From NCBI GenBank assembly GCA_000092065.1, contig CP000591.1: DNA of 64,000 nucleotides. One strand, given 5' to 3'. Positions 40,485 to 50,400 of the stretch are shown piece after piece. The DNA is from Ostreococcus lucimarinus. Taxonomy: Eukaryota. A model generated the notes under the pieces. The model had not been told where the DNA came from. It worked only from the letters and a program-made list of their open reading frames with translations, and searched no databases. The translations under genes and the position numbers were made by a program. How positions within the stretch are numbered: position 1 is the stretch's first letter; each line of letters opens with the position of its first letter.

Positions 40485-41465
40485 ATGCGCGCGTGCGCGC
40501 GCGCGGTCGCCGCGACGACGGTCGCGGTGACGGCGGTGACCGCGCTCGAGGCCGCGGCGCTGACGGCGACGTACGTGACCGCGCCCGAGGCGCGCGGACC
40601 GCGCGAGGGACTCGCGCGGTACGACGCGGCGACGACGACGACGACGACGACGACGCGGGGGGGCGCGATGCGCGCGACGCGACGACGGCGACTCGTCGCG
40701 GTCGTCGCGGGCGATAGCACGGCGTGCGGCGTGGGATGCGGGGACGACGGACGAGGACGGACGAGGGGCGAGACGGCGGCGGGGGAGGCGGGACCGACGC
40801 TCGCGCGCGCGTTCGCGCGAGGACTCGGCGAACGCATGACGGCGGACGTCGAGTGGCGCGCGCTCGGGTTTAAGGGCGCGGACGTGCGAGGACTGAGGGA
40901 TAAGCTGATACCGGCGCTGCGGGAGGCGACGGAGGGAGCGGGGGGACGCGGAGACGACGACGACGACGCGAGCGAGAGGGACGGGCGCGGGCGACGCGCG
41001 AGCGTGGACGCGGTGGTGATCATGTGCGGGCTGAATGATCTGAAACACTCCATCGTGGGGCGACGGAGCGAGACGTTTCGAACCGAGCTGAGAGAGCTGG
41101 TGAGGGAGGTGCGCGACGTCGTCGGCGACGAGTGCGTGGTGGTGCTGCCGGCGACGCCGCTCGAGGCGGCGACGCTGTTTCCGCCGCCGTTGGCGTGGGT
41201 GGCGACGCGCATGAACGATTTGTGGGACGAACAAAAGGCGCACGTCAGTCGACTGTTCGCCCACAACGTCTTGTTCGTTTCAAAGCCGAGTTTAGACGCC
41301 ATGCGGGAACGCGCGGCGAAACACACCGGGCGCGTCGCGGAGAGCATCTCGCTGATTTGCGGGGATGGTATTCACCCCAACGACGACGGTTACGACGCCT
41401 GGGCGCGACACATCGCGGATGAGTGCGTGCCGAGTCTCGAACGCGCGTTGGCGGCGCAAAAATAG
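40485..41465 (+). CDS. SGNH/GDSL-type hydrolase (esterase/lipase fold), probably secreted
   Basis: Block I is VAVVAGDSTACG, a GxND block is MCGLNDL, and the catalytic DxxH is GDGIHPNDDGYDAW. The ATG at 40485 gives a signal-peptide-like MRACARAVAATTVAVTAVTALEAAALTA; an alternative ATG lies at 40668. Confidence 0.65.
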   Translation: MRACARAVAATTVAVTAVTALEAAALTATYVTAPEARGPREGLARYDAATTTTTTTTRGGAMRATRRRRLVAVVAGDSTACGVGCGDDGRGRTRGETAAGEAGPTLARAFARGLGERMTADVEWRALGFKGADVRGLRDKLIPALREATEGAGGRGDDDDDASERDGRGRRASVDAVVIMCGLNDLKHSIVGRRSETFRTELRELVREVRDVVGDECVVVLPATPLEAATLFPPPLAWVATRMNDLWDEQKAHVSRLFAHNVLFVSKPSLDAMRERAAKHTGRVAESISLICGDGIHPNDDGYDAWARHIADECVPSLERALAAQK

Positions 41466-41565
41466 AGGACGAGCGCGAAACAGTAGCGACGGCGGCGAGG
41501 CGGCGCGCGTATTAATTGATTATAGCCCTATGAAATCTACCGGTAGTGAAAACGCAGCGCAAAGA

Positions 41566-42465
41566 TCACGCCAAAGCCTTGGCCGCGGCGCGCGCGTTGC
41601 CGATGAAGGCGGCGATCTTCGCCGCGTCCTTGACGACGCCGCCTTCGTCGGCGACGCCGCTCGCGACGTCCACGCCGGTGGGATTCGCCGTCTCGATCGC
41701 TTGCGCCACGTTTTCGGGGTTCAGCCCGCCCGCGAGTAACCAACCCTTGCGCGACGCCCCGCGCGGGGCTTTGAGCTTGGACCAATCGAACGCCGTCCCG
41801 CTTCCGGCGTTGACGCCGTCGATCAACAACCAGTCCACCACGCGTCGCGGCCCGCTCACGAAATCAATCGCCGCTTTCCATCCTTGCTCCCCGCTCATGC
41901 GCTTCTGTCTTTCGGCGATCAACTTTTCTTCGTCTCCTGGGAATTTGGAGACGATTTGCCCGTTCGCGTCGGCGTTGAGCACCCAAATCGCCTTCAAGCG
42001 CATCGGCAGCGTCTCCAACGCGTCCCGCGCGCCGTCGCCGTGCAATTGCGCGTGATCGCACCCGATCGCGTCGCACACGCGCGTGATTTCGCTCGCATCT
42101 TCGTCCACGAACACCGCCACCGGAACGGCGCCCTTCGCTTTCGCGCACGCCACGATCTCTTTCGCCGTCGCCTCGTCCACCGACCGCTTCGACTTTGGCC
42201 AGAGAATCATCCCAACGAAATTCGCCCCGTGCTCGCACGCGCTCTCGCAATCGCGCACCGTGGTGATCCCGCACACCTTGACGATCGGTTTCATCGACGC
42301 TTCGTCGCTCCCAGCGCGCGCGTTCGCCGTCGCGGCGCCGCGTCGCGACGCATCTTTCGTCACCGTCACCGCTCGGGACGTTCGCCGTTGCGTCGTCGAT
42401 CGCGTCCTGGGCATCGCACCGCGAGCGCGCGCGGCGCGCGACGGCGCGCACATCATCGAAGACAT
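41566..42465 (-). CDS. TRPF: phosphoribosylanthranilate isomerase (TrpF/PAI) with a plastid transit-peptide-like N-terminus
   Basis: KVCGITTVRDCESACEHGANFVGMILWPKSKRSV ... CDHAQLHGD ... LLAGGLNPENV is collinear with PRAI. The N-terminus MSSMMCAPSRAARARG is Ser/Arg-rich. Confidence 0.85.
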   Translation of the reverse strand: MSSMMCAPSRAARARGAMPRTRSTTQRRTSRAVTVTKDASRRGAATANARAGSDEASMKPIVKVCGITTVRDCESACEHGANFVGMILWPKSKRSVDEATAKEIVACAKAKGAVPVAVFVDEDASEITRVCDAIGCDHAQLHGDGARDALETLPMRLKAIWVLNADANGQIVSKFPGDEEKLIAERQKRMSGEQGWKAAIDFVSGPRRVVDWLLIDGVNAGSGTAFDWSKLKAPRGASRKGWLLAGGLNPENVAQAIETANPTGVDVASGVADEGGVVKDAAKIAAFIGNARAAAKALA

Positions 42466-42653
42466 CGCGCGCGACGTTTTCGTCGAACGTTCGCGCGATT
42501 CGCGCGCGGGTCGGCGTCGTGGAGTGGCGACGTCGCGCTCGTTATCCACGTCGACGTCAGCGCGTCATCGACGGCACTCTCAGCCTCGTCGCGCGCTCGC
42601 TCGCGTCGAAAACTCGCGCGAAACTCGCGCACGTTCGTCTACGCGCGCACACG

Positions 42654-42805
42654 ATGTCTCAGTCCGTTTCCATGACGCAGCGCGCCGCCGCGGCGCCGCG
42701 ACGGGTCGCGATGCGAACGCAGCGCGGCGGCGCGGTCGCGAGAAGTTCTCGCGCCGTCGTTCGCGCGGGGCGCTTCGAAACCGAGCGCACGTACATCATG
42801 ATCAA
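42654..42805 (+). CDS. NDK: nucleoside diphosphate kinase, exon 1 (transit peptide plus first beta-strand)
   Basis: Encodes MSQSVSMTQRAAAAPRRVAMRT ... AGRFETERTYIMIK. The exon ends ATCAA|GTGCGT, phase 2. Confidence 0.75.
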
Positions 42806-42985
42806 GTGCGTGCGCGACGCGCGACGCGATGCGACGCGAAGGCGACGGTGAGGCGCGCGGGAGGGGCGCGGGAGCGGCTTCAGGGTTCCAGGGTTACGCG
42901 CCGCCGCGAGGCGCGCCGCGACGGCGAAGGACGGAACGCGAGACTGACGACGCGCGACGTTGATTCATTTAACGCGAAACGATAG

Positions 42986-43412
42986 GCCCGATGGCGTGCA
43001 ACGCGGTCACGTCGGTGAGATCATCTCGCGATTCGAAAAGAAAGGGATGGTGATGAAGGCGCTGAAGACGTACCAGTGCCCGAAAGCCGTCGCGGAGGAA
43101 CACTACCAAGACTTGTCGAGCAAGCCGTTCTTTGGCGATTTGGTCAACTACATTTGCTCCGGACCGGTGGTCGCGATGATTTGGGAAGGCCCGGGCGTGG
43201 TCAAGAGCGCGCGATTGTTGATTGGCGCGACGAACCCGCTCGAGTCGGCGCCGGGGACGATTCGCGGCGACTTGGCCGTCGAGGTCGGACGCAACGTCAT
43301 TCACGGTTCCGATTCTGTGGAATCCGCCGAGCGCGAAATCGAGCTTTGGTTCGGCGATAAGGCTGGATGCGTGGACTGGCAACCGACCATCACGCCGTGG
43401 GTGCGCGAGTAA
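42986..43412 (+). CDS. NDK: nucleoside diphosphate kinase, exon 2, after a 180-bp intron (42806..42985)
   Basis: The splice restores ..YIMIK|[20 protein letters not shown]. The rest matches NDK ([20 protein letters not shown], catalytic His in GRNVIHGSD). ACTGACG lies 38 nt before the TAG acceptor. Confidence 0.85.
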
Positions 43413-43559
43413 GCGGCGCGCTAGCCTCGTCTCGGGCAAAGCGATTTTTATTGTTAATACAGTGCAGTCATTCATTTCTTTGACCGAGTCAACGCGCGCG
43501 CGCGCGCGACGGCAGTGCGCCACGCGCGTGCGCGCGATATCGCCGATATCATGCGTGCG

Positions 43560-44570
43560 ATGGCTGACGTCGACGGCGCGTGCGCGCGCCTCAAACGCGC
43601 CCTTCGACGCGCAAAGTTTCCGCGAAGCAGAGCGGGAACACGAATCGACACCGAGCTGAAGAGAGGGGATGGTAAAACTTTCGTCGCCATCCTTCGCCAT
43701 GCGCTGTGCGCGCGCTCAAAGCCGGTGTCCAGGCGCGTTTACGATCGTGGGCACGATCTCGTGGGCGTCGAGTCGCCTTTACGATTCACCGAACGCGCGT
43801 TCAGGGCGACGATCGATGTGTTCGGGTACAAGCCAAAGTTGAGCGCGTCGCAATTCGCGTCCACGAACGGGTTCGCCGTGGTGAAGATGATGACGGTCAT
43901 CGACGTTCTCGCGCACGTGGAGGCGATGGAAGTTAATATCGAACGGGAAGTCGCGCGCGAAGCGTCTCGACGACGCACGAGCGGAGGTCTCACCGGGTCG
44001 TTGCTCGACGCGGGGCCGCGCCGTCGCTCGGCGCTGGAGCCTCGCTTCGCGCGGGGCCGAGTCGAGGACGAGCGTGGTGTGGACGAGTCGAACGATGCGC
44101 ACGCACACACGTTCTGCGACACCGACAACTGGGTGACACGCTTGGGCGATGAGTACGACGATGTCGTATACGAAGCGCCTATTCGCGGCGTCGTGTACAC
44201 CAATCCCGGATACGTCGTTCATCGCCGCGCGCGATCGCCGCGCGAACCGGTATTCGATGCGTCCGTATCGATTGATTCCTTACGCGTTGAATTCGCTGAA
44301 GTTCTTGGTAGGCTGACACGCGTAGAAAACGAACTCACCGAGGTCGCCGCGAGGTGTTTGAAGTTGGAACGCCGCGAGGCGCAAACTCTGAAGAAGGTTG
44401 ACCGCGCGCCGGCCGCTTCGCGAGACGCATCGCCTTCGATTCTATCGGACTCGGTTGAAATTCGCCAAGCCGACTCACCGTCGAAGGAATCTACCGAAGA
44501 GTTCATCGCGCGGTATCTTAGAAAGTTGCGCGACGTCGTGCGAGAAGAAGAGACTCGCTTTGATTGCTGA
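43560..44570 (+). CDS. CEP44: centrosomal protein CEP44 homolog
   Basis: The N-terminal conserved domain MADVDGACARLKRALRRAKFP ... LRFTERAFRATIDVFGYKPKLSASQFASTNGFAVVKMMTVIDVL is collinear with the human CEP44 N-terminus, followed by a coiled coil. Alternative ATG at 43551. Confidence 0.65.
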   Translation: MADVDGACARLKRALRRAKFPRSRAGTRIDTELKRGDGKTFVAILRHALCARSKPVSRRVYDRGHDLVGVESPLRFTERAFRATIDVFGYKPKLSASQFASTNGFAVVKMMTVIDVLAHVEAMEVNIEREVAREASRRRTSGGLTGSLLDAGPRRRSALEPRFARGRVEDERGVDESNDAHAHTFCDTDNWVTRLGDEYDDVVYEAPIRGVVYTNPGYVVHRRARSPREPVFDASVSIDSLRVEFAEVLGRLTRVENELTEVAARCLKLERREAQTLKKVDRAPAASRDASPSILSDSVEIRQADSPSKESTEEFIARYLRKLRDVVREEETRFDC

Positions 44571-44615
44571 ATTGCTAAAACAAATTGTTTGAATGTCGTC
44601 GCTGCCGCTAATGCG

Positions 44616-45785
44616 CTAATCAGATGTCGCCGTCGTCGTCGACGCAGATTTCTCGCTGCGTCTAAAGTACATCACCATTGCCGCGAACGCGGCCACCGTG
44701 ATCGCGCCCGCGAGCGCCGGTCGCTTGCGATAAAGTTGCGCCGCGCGCTCGCCGAATCCTCTCGTCGTCGGCTCCGTCGTTGGATCCGTCTGCACCATGC
44801 GCGCGCACACCTCACGCTCGCCCTCGTGCACCGCATTCATGCGTCGACGCACGCGCACGAACGCCTCGCGAATCGCTCGATCTTTGCTCAACTCCAGGGC
44901 GTCGCGAAGCGAAGTCAACGCCTCCTCGTCCCGCCCTTGCTGCTCGAGCGCCATCGCCTTGCGGTACATGGCTTTCACCGCCGTCGCGTCGAGATCCAAA
45001 GCCGCCTCTGCGTGTAGGATCGCTTCGGAGTGTCGTTGTAACTTCGACAAGCACGTCGCCGAGTTCACGTGACACTTCACCGCCAGCGCCAAGGCGTCCT
45101 TCGCGCCGGCTCGCGCCGTCGACATGATGGTTCGCCTCAACGCCGTCGCCGCGTCCTCGTACCTCCGCAACGCCCTGGCGTAGCCATTTTCTTCTTCACC
45201 TCGAGCGAACAACGCGTTCGCTTCCTCCTTCTTCCGTTCACAATACCTCAAAACCTCCTCGACGCTCGCATCAACGCTCGGTTTTTCCTCTCGCGTCACC
45301 GAAAGCAGCTCGACTTCCCACTCGACGTACACGTTTCGCGGCGCCGGCGAAAACGGTTCGCTCGCGAACGGCGCCCCTCCGCTCGGCACGACGATTCCCA
45401 CGCGTTCGCCCACGCGCATCGTCGTCACCGCCGCCTCCACGCCCGCGCACGGCACGAAATTCACCGGCGCCGCGTCGTCCACTCTGAAAGTCAGAACCTC
45501 TCGCGGTCTCGCCGCGTCTCGAGACGTCTCGTCCCGCACGATCGCGTCGTCCTCCACCCTTCGCGCGCGCCAGCCGTAGTGCGCGATCGTGACGACGTCG
45601 TCCGCGCGCGGCGCGCTCGCGTCGTCGCGCGTCGCGTCGTCGTCGTCGTCGTCGTCGCGCGTCGCGAGCGAGATTTTCGAGGCGTCGTCGTCGCGCATCG
45701 AGCGCACGCGCACGCGCGCGCCCGGAGGTAGGCGCGGACCGACGCGCACGACGCGCGCGTCGACGCGATCGTCGCGAGCGGTCAT
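44616..45785 (-). CDS. FKBP-domain plus three-TPR, tail-anchored protein (FKBP8/FKBP38 or TWD1-like)
   Basis: A degenerate FKBP PPIase domain (VTIAHYGW ... FRVDDAAPVNFVPCAGVEAAVTTMRVGERV) is followed by three TPR units and a C-terminal TM anchor AGAITVAAFAAMVMYF. Confidence 0.65.
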   Translation of the reverse strand: MTARDDRVDARVVRVGPRLPPGARVRVRSMRDDDASKISLATRDDDDDDDATRDDASAPRADDVVTIAHYGWRARRVEDDAIVRDETSRDAARPREVLTFRVDDAAPVNFVPCAGVEAAVTTMRVGERVGIVVPSGGAPFASEPFSPAPRNVYVEWEVELLSVTREEKPSVDASVEEVLRYCERKKEEANALFARGEEENGYARALRRYEDAATALRRTIMSTARAGAKDALALAVKCHVNSATCLSKLQRHSEAILHAEAALDLDATAVKAMYRKAMALEQQGRDEEALTSLRDALELSKDRAIREAFVRVRRRMNAVHEGEREVCARMVQTDPTTEPTTRGFGERAAQLYRKRPALAGAITVAAFAAMVMYFRRSEKSASTTTATSD

Positions 45786-46041
45786 CGCGTCGCGATTCGA
45801 CGCGCGTTCGCGTGTGACCGCCGCGCGCGAACCGTCTCGTCGTCTCGTCCCTCGGACTCGCGTTCGCGGGCTTCTACGTTACAACGCTGAAACGAACGCG
45901 AACGACGAGCATCGCGCGCATCATCGGAAACGACGTCGCGTGTTTCCACGCTTGCGTCGTCGCTTCGTCACGGTCGCGGATCCCGTCGTTCGACGTCGCC
46001 GCCGCCGCGACTACTTCCTTCGCTACTTCACCGCTTCGCGT

Positions 46042-46293
46042 CTACTTCATGTACTTTCGCACCCCCGGGGTTTGTTTCGATTTCTCCCACCCGTATTTCA
46101 TCGCGTTCGCCGCGGCTTGCTTCAGATACGCCGTGTTCGCGATCGCCTCGTACGCGTCGGCGCCGTCGCGGCCGCGCGTCAGCGCCACCGTCTCGTGTTC
46201 TTTCCCAACCTTGAACCCGAGCTGTCGCGACGCCGCGCGCGCGGGCGCGTCGTACTGCGGGAATCCGTACTGCGTCGCGGCGCCGTCAGTCAT
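46042..46293 (-). CDS. small hypothetical protein (83 aa)
   Basis: ATG at 46293, coding-like third-position GC, no family recognised (MTDGAATQYGFPQYDAPAR ... KYGWEKSKQTPGVRKYMK). Confidence 0.3.
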   Translation of the reverse strand: MTDGAATQYGFPQYDAPARAASRQLGFKVGKEHETVALTRGRDGADAYEAIANTAYLKQAAANAMKYGWEKSKQTPGVRKYMK

Positions 46294-46575
46294 CGCTCGC
46301 GTCGATCGTTTCGCGTCGTCGCCGTTACCTTGTAAATCACCCTCGACAGCTTCCCCGCTCTGAACAGCGCGAGGTCCTCGCGCGCGGCGATCGGACTCTT
46401 CACGCGTCACGCGATCTGATCGTTCGTCTTGCGACCGGAACCGAACGCGCGCGGGACGACGGCGCGACGACGCGCGGTCGGGGCGGCGAATCCGAGGGCG
46501 AGCGGACGCGCGGCCATCGCGCGAGGCGACGAGTGCGGGCGGCCGGCGACGAACGCGCGGCGGACGCGCGGCGGA

Positions 46576-46601
46576 CGCGCGACGCGACGCGACGCGACGC
46601 G
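46576..46601. repeat. (GACGC)5 pentanucleotide repeat in the intergenic spacer
   Basis: gcgacgcgacgcgacgcgacgcgacgcgaat, read directly. Confidence 0.85.
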
Positions 46602-46656
46602 AATCGCACGACGATCGCTAAAATTACTCGAATCGCACTACACACCGCCGCACCGC

Positions 46657-46971
46657 CTACATCATGTTTTGACGTCTAAAATCGAGCGCGCGCAACTGGT
46701 AGGCGTTGCCGGTTTTGTCGCCGAATCCCTTTTGCAAGTGCGACCGACGCCGCTTGCCCGCCTTCTCCCTCCGGCGGTTCGCCGCTTCTTCGGATAACGC
46801 CAACGCGGTGTCACCGCTCAAGCCGGGAGCGATGCGGCTGAAGCGCGCGCCGCCGAGGGCGCAGAAGGCGAGACCGAATTGCAAGCCCCAAAAACCCAAC
46901 TTGAAGTATTCCTCGCTGCAACGCGCGAGGTTGGGGTCACCGGTGTAGCTGGGAGGGGCGAATTCACTCAT
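46657..46971 (-). CDS. small membrane protein (104 aa) with a glycine-zipper-like TM segment; possible small mitochondrial inner-membrane subunit
   Basis: Encodes MSEFAPPSYTGDPNLARCSEEYFKLGFWGLQFGLAFCALGGARF. ATG at 46971. Upstream track residues are Arg-rich filler. Confidence 0.4.
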   Translation of the reverse strand: MSEFAPPSYTGDPNLARCSEEYFKLGFWGLQFGLAFCALGGARFSRIAPGLSGDTALALSEEAANRRREKAGKRRRSHLQKGFGDKTGNAYQLRALDFRRQNMM

Positions 46972-47177
46972 GTCGTTCGCGCGTTCGTGCGCGTTCGAGC
47001 GTTCGAGCGCGCGCGTCGACGTGTGCGGTCGAACTTCTAACGAAGTCGAGGGTTTGAGCGCGCGCACGACGCGACGCGCGCTAGAATGTCGCGCTCGATG
47101 CGCGCTGCCTACTGGTTTTACTGGAGCTAATGATGCTAAGAATAAGAAGTCGACGCGCGCGCTCGTCGCGCTCGACG

Positions 47178-48053
47178 CTAATTGTGGGTCAACATGTCCG
47201 CCGTCATATATCCAGCGTCGCCGAGACATCGCAGCGAAACGCCGCCGTCGCCGCGGACCTCGACCCGAGTGATCGAACCGTTGTACAGACCGATGCGCAA
47301 CCACGCGTCCGGTGGAAGCTGAAGCGCGCGCAAAACGGAGTACCGAATGACGTTACCGTGACAGACGACGATTTCGTGCTCTGGCGGCGGCGGCTTCGTC
47401 GCCGCCGACGACGGCGACGGCGCTCGGTGGAACGTCTCGCGAAATCCAGCCTCGATTCGCGGAGCGTCCGTGACGTGCACGTGCTCAGCTTGCCTCCAAG
47501 TGTCCGGTTCTGGACGCACGGGCGCGCCCTCGCGAATCAATTCGCTCGATTTACGCGTCGCGTTCGGAAACGCCTCTGCTGCTATGATATCCGCCGTCTC
47601 CTTCGCCCTCACCATCGTACTGTGCGTCATCTTCACCGACGCCGTCGACGGAATGAGTTCCTTCAATCGTCGCGCCGTGAAGCTCGCTTGTTTACGACCC
47701 AAATCCGTGAGTTTGCGCTCGCCGTCCGCCGCGGCGTCGGTTTCGGGCGTCTCCTCCGTCGCCTGGCCGTGTCGCACGAGCCAATACACTTTCGTCGGCG
47801 CCGCGGACGCCGCGACGGAGTCACTTGGAGTTGGATCACCACCGCTCGAACGCCCGTCCCAGTTCCAGTCCCAGGACGTGCGCGCGCGCGCGTCCACGAT
47901 GATTTTTCGTTTCGACAACCGCGCGGCTTCCGCAGCCGCGACCGACGGCTCGGCGCGCGCGTGCGGCGAGACGGCGACGCCTTGGACGCCTAAACCGGCG
48001 CACACGGACGCGAACGCGATCGAGGCGAGACCGCGCGCGCGCGCGCTCGTCAT
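47178..48053 (-). CDS. PGAM5: PGAM5-type Ser/Thr phosphatase (histidine-phosphatase fold) with an N-terminal TM anchor
   Basis: The TM segment MTSARARGLASIAFASVCAGLGV is followed by the WDWNWD multimerisation motif, the catalytic LVRHGQ, and a C-terminus collinear with human PGAM5 (ELIREGAPVRPEP ... IVVCHGNVIRYSVLRALQLPPDAWLRIGLYNGSIT ... LRCLGDAGYM). Confidence 0.8.
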   Translation of the reverse strand: MTSARARGLASIAFASVCAGLGVQGVAVSPHARAEPSVAAAEAARLSKRKIIVDARARTSWDWNWDGRSSGGDPTPSDSVAASAAPTKVYWLVRHGQATEETPETDAAADGERKLTDLGRKQASFTARRLKELIPSTASVKMTHSTMVRAKETADIIAAEAFPNATRKSSELIREGAPVRPEPDTWRQAEHVHVTDAPRIEAGFRETFHRAPSPSSAATKPPPPEHEIVVCHGNVIRYSVLRALQLPPDAWLRIGLYNGSITRVEVRGDGGVSLRCLGDAGYMTADMLTHN

Positions 48054-48168
48054 GGGCTCGTACGAGCGTCGACGAGTGCGGGCGGTGAAAAATTCAGAAA
48101 AATTCAACGTCGTGATATTAAAGGTTAAAGGTACAGGCGCGGCCGGACGCACGGGCTAAAGACTAGGA

Positions 48169-50400
48169 CTAACTGTCTTCAAACTTTTCCACGGATGCTG
48201 TCCTCTTGGCGTGCGCCAACTCCAGTACGACGTGGGAGACGCCCGAGACGCTCAAGTCTTCGTCGATGACTTGCGGGAGGAACTTTTCTCCGAGCAAGTC
48301 CATGAGTGCGCGGTTATCGGGGTCGGTGTTGTGCACGCGGATGGTTTTCCCGACGTCCGCGTATCGCACGTACAGTGAATTCAGCGCGGCGAGGGAGGAG
48401 TAATCCTTGATCTTGCACTTGTCCATGTAAATCACGACGTCTCGTGGATCCGGTCCCATGCGGAACGAGTTTGTAAACTCGCGATCGGTGCCAAAGAAAA
48501 GCTCCCCGTAAACTTCGTACGCCACGCGCGTTGTGCCTTTTTCGCATCCAAATATTTCTTCTTCGCGACGAATGACTCGCAAAGACCCAGTGGAGTTGTC
48601 CCACGCGTAGAATAAGCACGCGACGACGACCCCGACGCCGACTGCGATGGCCAAGTTGGTTCGCTCGGTGACGACGGTGACTAAGATGATGATGGCGGAA
48701 TCTTTCCAGCGAATGCGATCGTTCGTATCGAACCAGAACTTGCGTAGACGACGACCGGCGTAATCTTCGCGCGTGCCATCCTCCTTGCGCCCAATAATCA
48801 ATCCCTTAAGATCGCCGGACATGAGCGGCAAGCACGTCCAGTCAAAGGTGTAAATGACAATCATGAACAAAACTCCCGTCAACGCGGCGAGAGGGATAAG
48901 CTCGATCACCTTGGATGCGGCGACGATGAAAATCAAGAACATAATCGAGGCAAAAGCAGTAGATAAGCGTCCGACGCCGCCAGATTTGACGTTGATCTGC
49001 GATTGCCCAATCATGGCGTCGCCGCCCATCGCCTTGAACATGCCAGACATCGTGTTCGCAATGCCTTGCGCGATGCACTCTTGCGTGAATCTACCGGTGG
49101 CATCCGAGGTGTCGTCCAAAATTTCGTCAACGCACTGAAGCGTGAGCACGGACTCGATCAAACCCACCGCGGCGAGGGAAAACGTGATCCCGAACACGTG
49201 CGCAAAGGACTTGCCTGTGAGGTTCACGTTAGGCGTGTGGTACAAGGGAAAGTCAACCTTCACCGGTGCGGCATCACTCACGACAGGGGTGTCCGCGTGA
49301 ATCAAAGGACGATTAATAGCATGTTCCAAGAGCAAGCACCAAAGAATGGCGACGAGAGATGACGGAAGAATCTTGGTGTACTTTGGCAAGAAGTGCACGA
49401 TGGCCATCGAGGTAAAGACGTAAAACAACATGAGCCAAGTTGTTCCTTCATCGAGCGTGCGCCACACCAATGAATCCTCATAGCCACCGTGGATGTCGGC
49501 GTTTTTGTTTGCCGAGAACTCGGCGAGCGTGATGGTGCCGCTGGAGTCGGTGTCGACCTGCGTCTGCAAGGCGGCGACGTACGCGTTCAAGTCGCTCGTC
49601 GACAAATCCGGAAGTTCGACGGCGTAAACCGTCGTCACCTCCGCCGTGCTGATGAGCCCATCACGATTGCTGTCGAAAACATTAAACGCAGCTTGCCAGT
49701 CTTTCTCCTTGAACACCTCCAACTGAGCCTTGAAGATGATGATGGCCAAGCCGTTGACGAAACCCGTCATGACGGTTTGCGGAATCAGCCGCATGAGTCG
49801 TCCAGCCTGCACGATGCCGAGGACGATCTGTAACACCCCGCACAAGATCATAATCATGAACAACCACTCTAAGCGCGCTGCGTTGGCCTGATGTCGCAAG
49901 CTCTTGCACCCAGCCGCGGCCCCTGTGCACGACGCGATTTCCCCCCACTCCAGCAGCTTCGCCTGCGGCAGCAAACCGTCCGGTTCCATGATCCTCACCG
50001 CCACCACCGCCATCGCTCCCGCGGCGCCGCTCACCATCCCAGGTCGTCCACCGATCAAAGCGGTGATGATGCCCATGAAAAACGTCGCGTACAACCCCAC
50101 GACCGGGTCCACGAGCGCGACGAAGGAAAACGCCACCGACTCGGGCACCTGCGCCACAGCCACCGTGAGCCCGCTCAGGATTTCGCTCTTAAATTTCAAC
50201 GGCTCGGCGCGATAGTACTCGTACGACTCTCTGAAGTATTTCGGTCCGCTCAGGAACGTGTCCGAGAACCCGATGCGGTGCGTGAGCTTTTGCATTCCAT
50301 TCATGGCGGCGACTTTCTCGGCGAGCGCTTTCTCGTGCGCCGCGTCCTCAAGCGCTTGCTTGGACGGCACGTGGTGCAGAGCATCACCGTCGGGCGTCAT
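48169..50400 (-). CDS. SulP/SLC26-family anion transporter with a C-terminal STAS domain and an inserted pair of canonical EF-hands
   Basis: SulP signature region GLTVAVAQVPESVAFSFVALVDPVVGLYATFFMGIITALIGGRPGMVSG. Between membrane helices lie two 12-residue calcium loops, DSNRDGLISTAE and DTDSSGTITLAE. The STAS domain is C-terminal. The first ATG is at 50400; the track start at 50466 is TTG. Confidence 0.75.
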   Translation of the reverse strand: MTPDGDALHHVPSKQALEDAAHEKALAEKVAAMNGMQKLTHRIGFSDTFLSGPKYFRESYEYYRAEPLKFKSEILSGLTVAVAQVPESVAFSFVALVDPVVGLYATFFMGIITALIGGRPGMVSGAAGAMAVVAVRIMEPDGLLPQAKLLEWGEIASCTGAAAGCKSLRHQANAARLEWLFMIMILCGVLQIVLGIVQAGRLMRLIPQTVMTGFVNGLAIIIFKAQLEVFKEKDWQAAFNVFDSNRDGLISTAEVTTVYAVELPDLSTSDLNAYVAALQTQVDTDSSGTITLAEFSANKNADIHGGYEDSLVWRTLDEGTTWLMLFYVFTSMAIVHFLPKYTKILPSSLVAILWCLLLEHAINRPLIHADTPVVSDAAPVKVDFPLYHTPNVNLTGKSFAHVFGITFSLAAVGLIESVLTLQCVDEILDDTSDATGRFTQECIAQGIANTMSGMFKAMGGDAMIGQSQINVKSGGVGRLSTAFASIMFLIFIVAASKVIELIPLAALTGVLFMIVIYTFDWTCLPLMSGDLKGLIIGRKEDGTREDYAGRRLRKFWFDTNDRIRWKDSAIIILVTVVTERTNLAIAVGVGVVVACLFYAWDNSTGSLRVIRREEEIFGCEKGTTRVAYEVYGELFFGTDREFTNSFRMGPDPRDVVIYMDKCKIKDYSSLAALNSLYVRYADVGKTIRVHNTDPDNRALMDLLGEKFLPQVIDEDLSVSGVSHVVLELAHAKRTASVEKFEDS

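Noticed and set aside
38695-41264. Long Arg-rich ORFs (38695-40203 +, 39888-41264 -) across the TRB-like and SGNH loci
   Set aside because: Composition (RRRARR runs), no motifs, and they overlap well-supported genes on the opposite strand.
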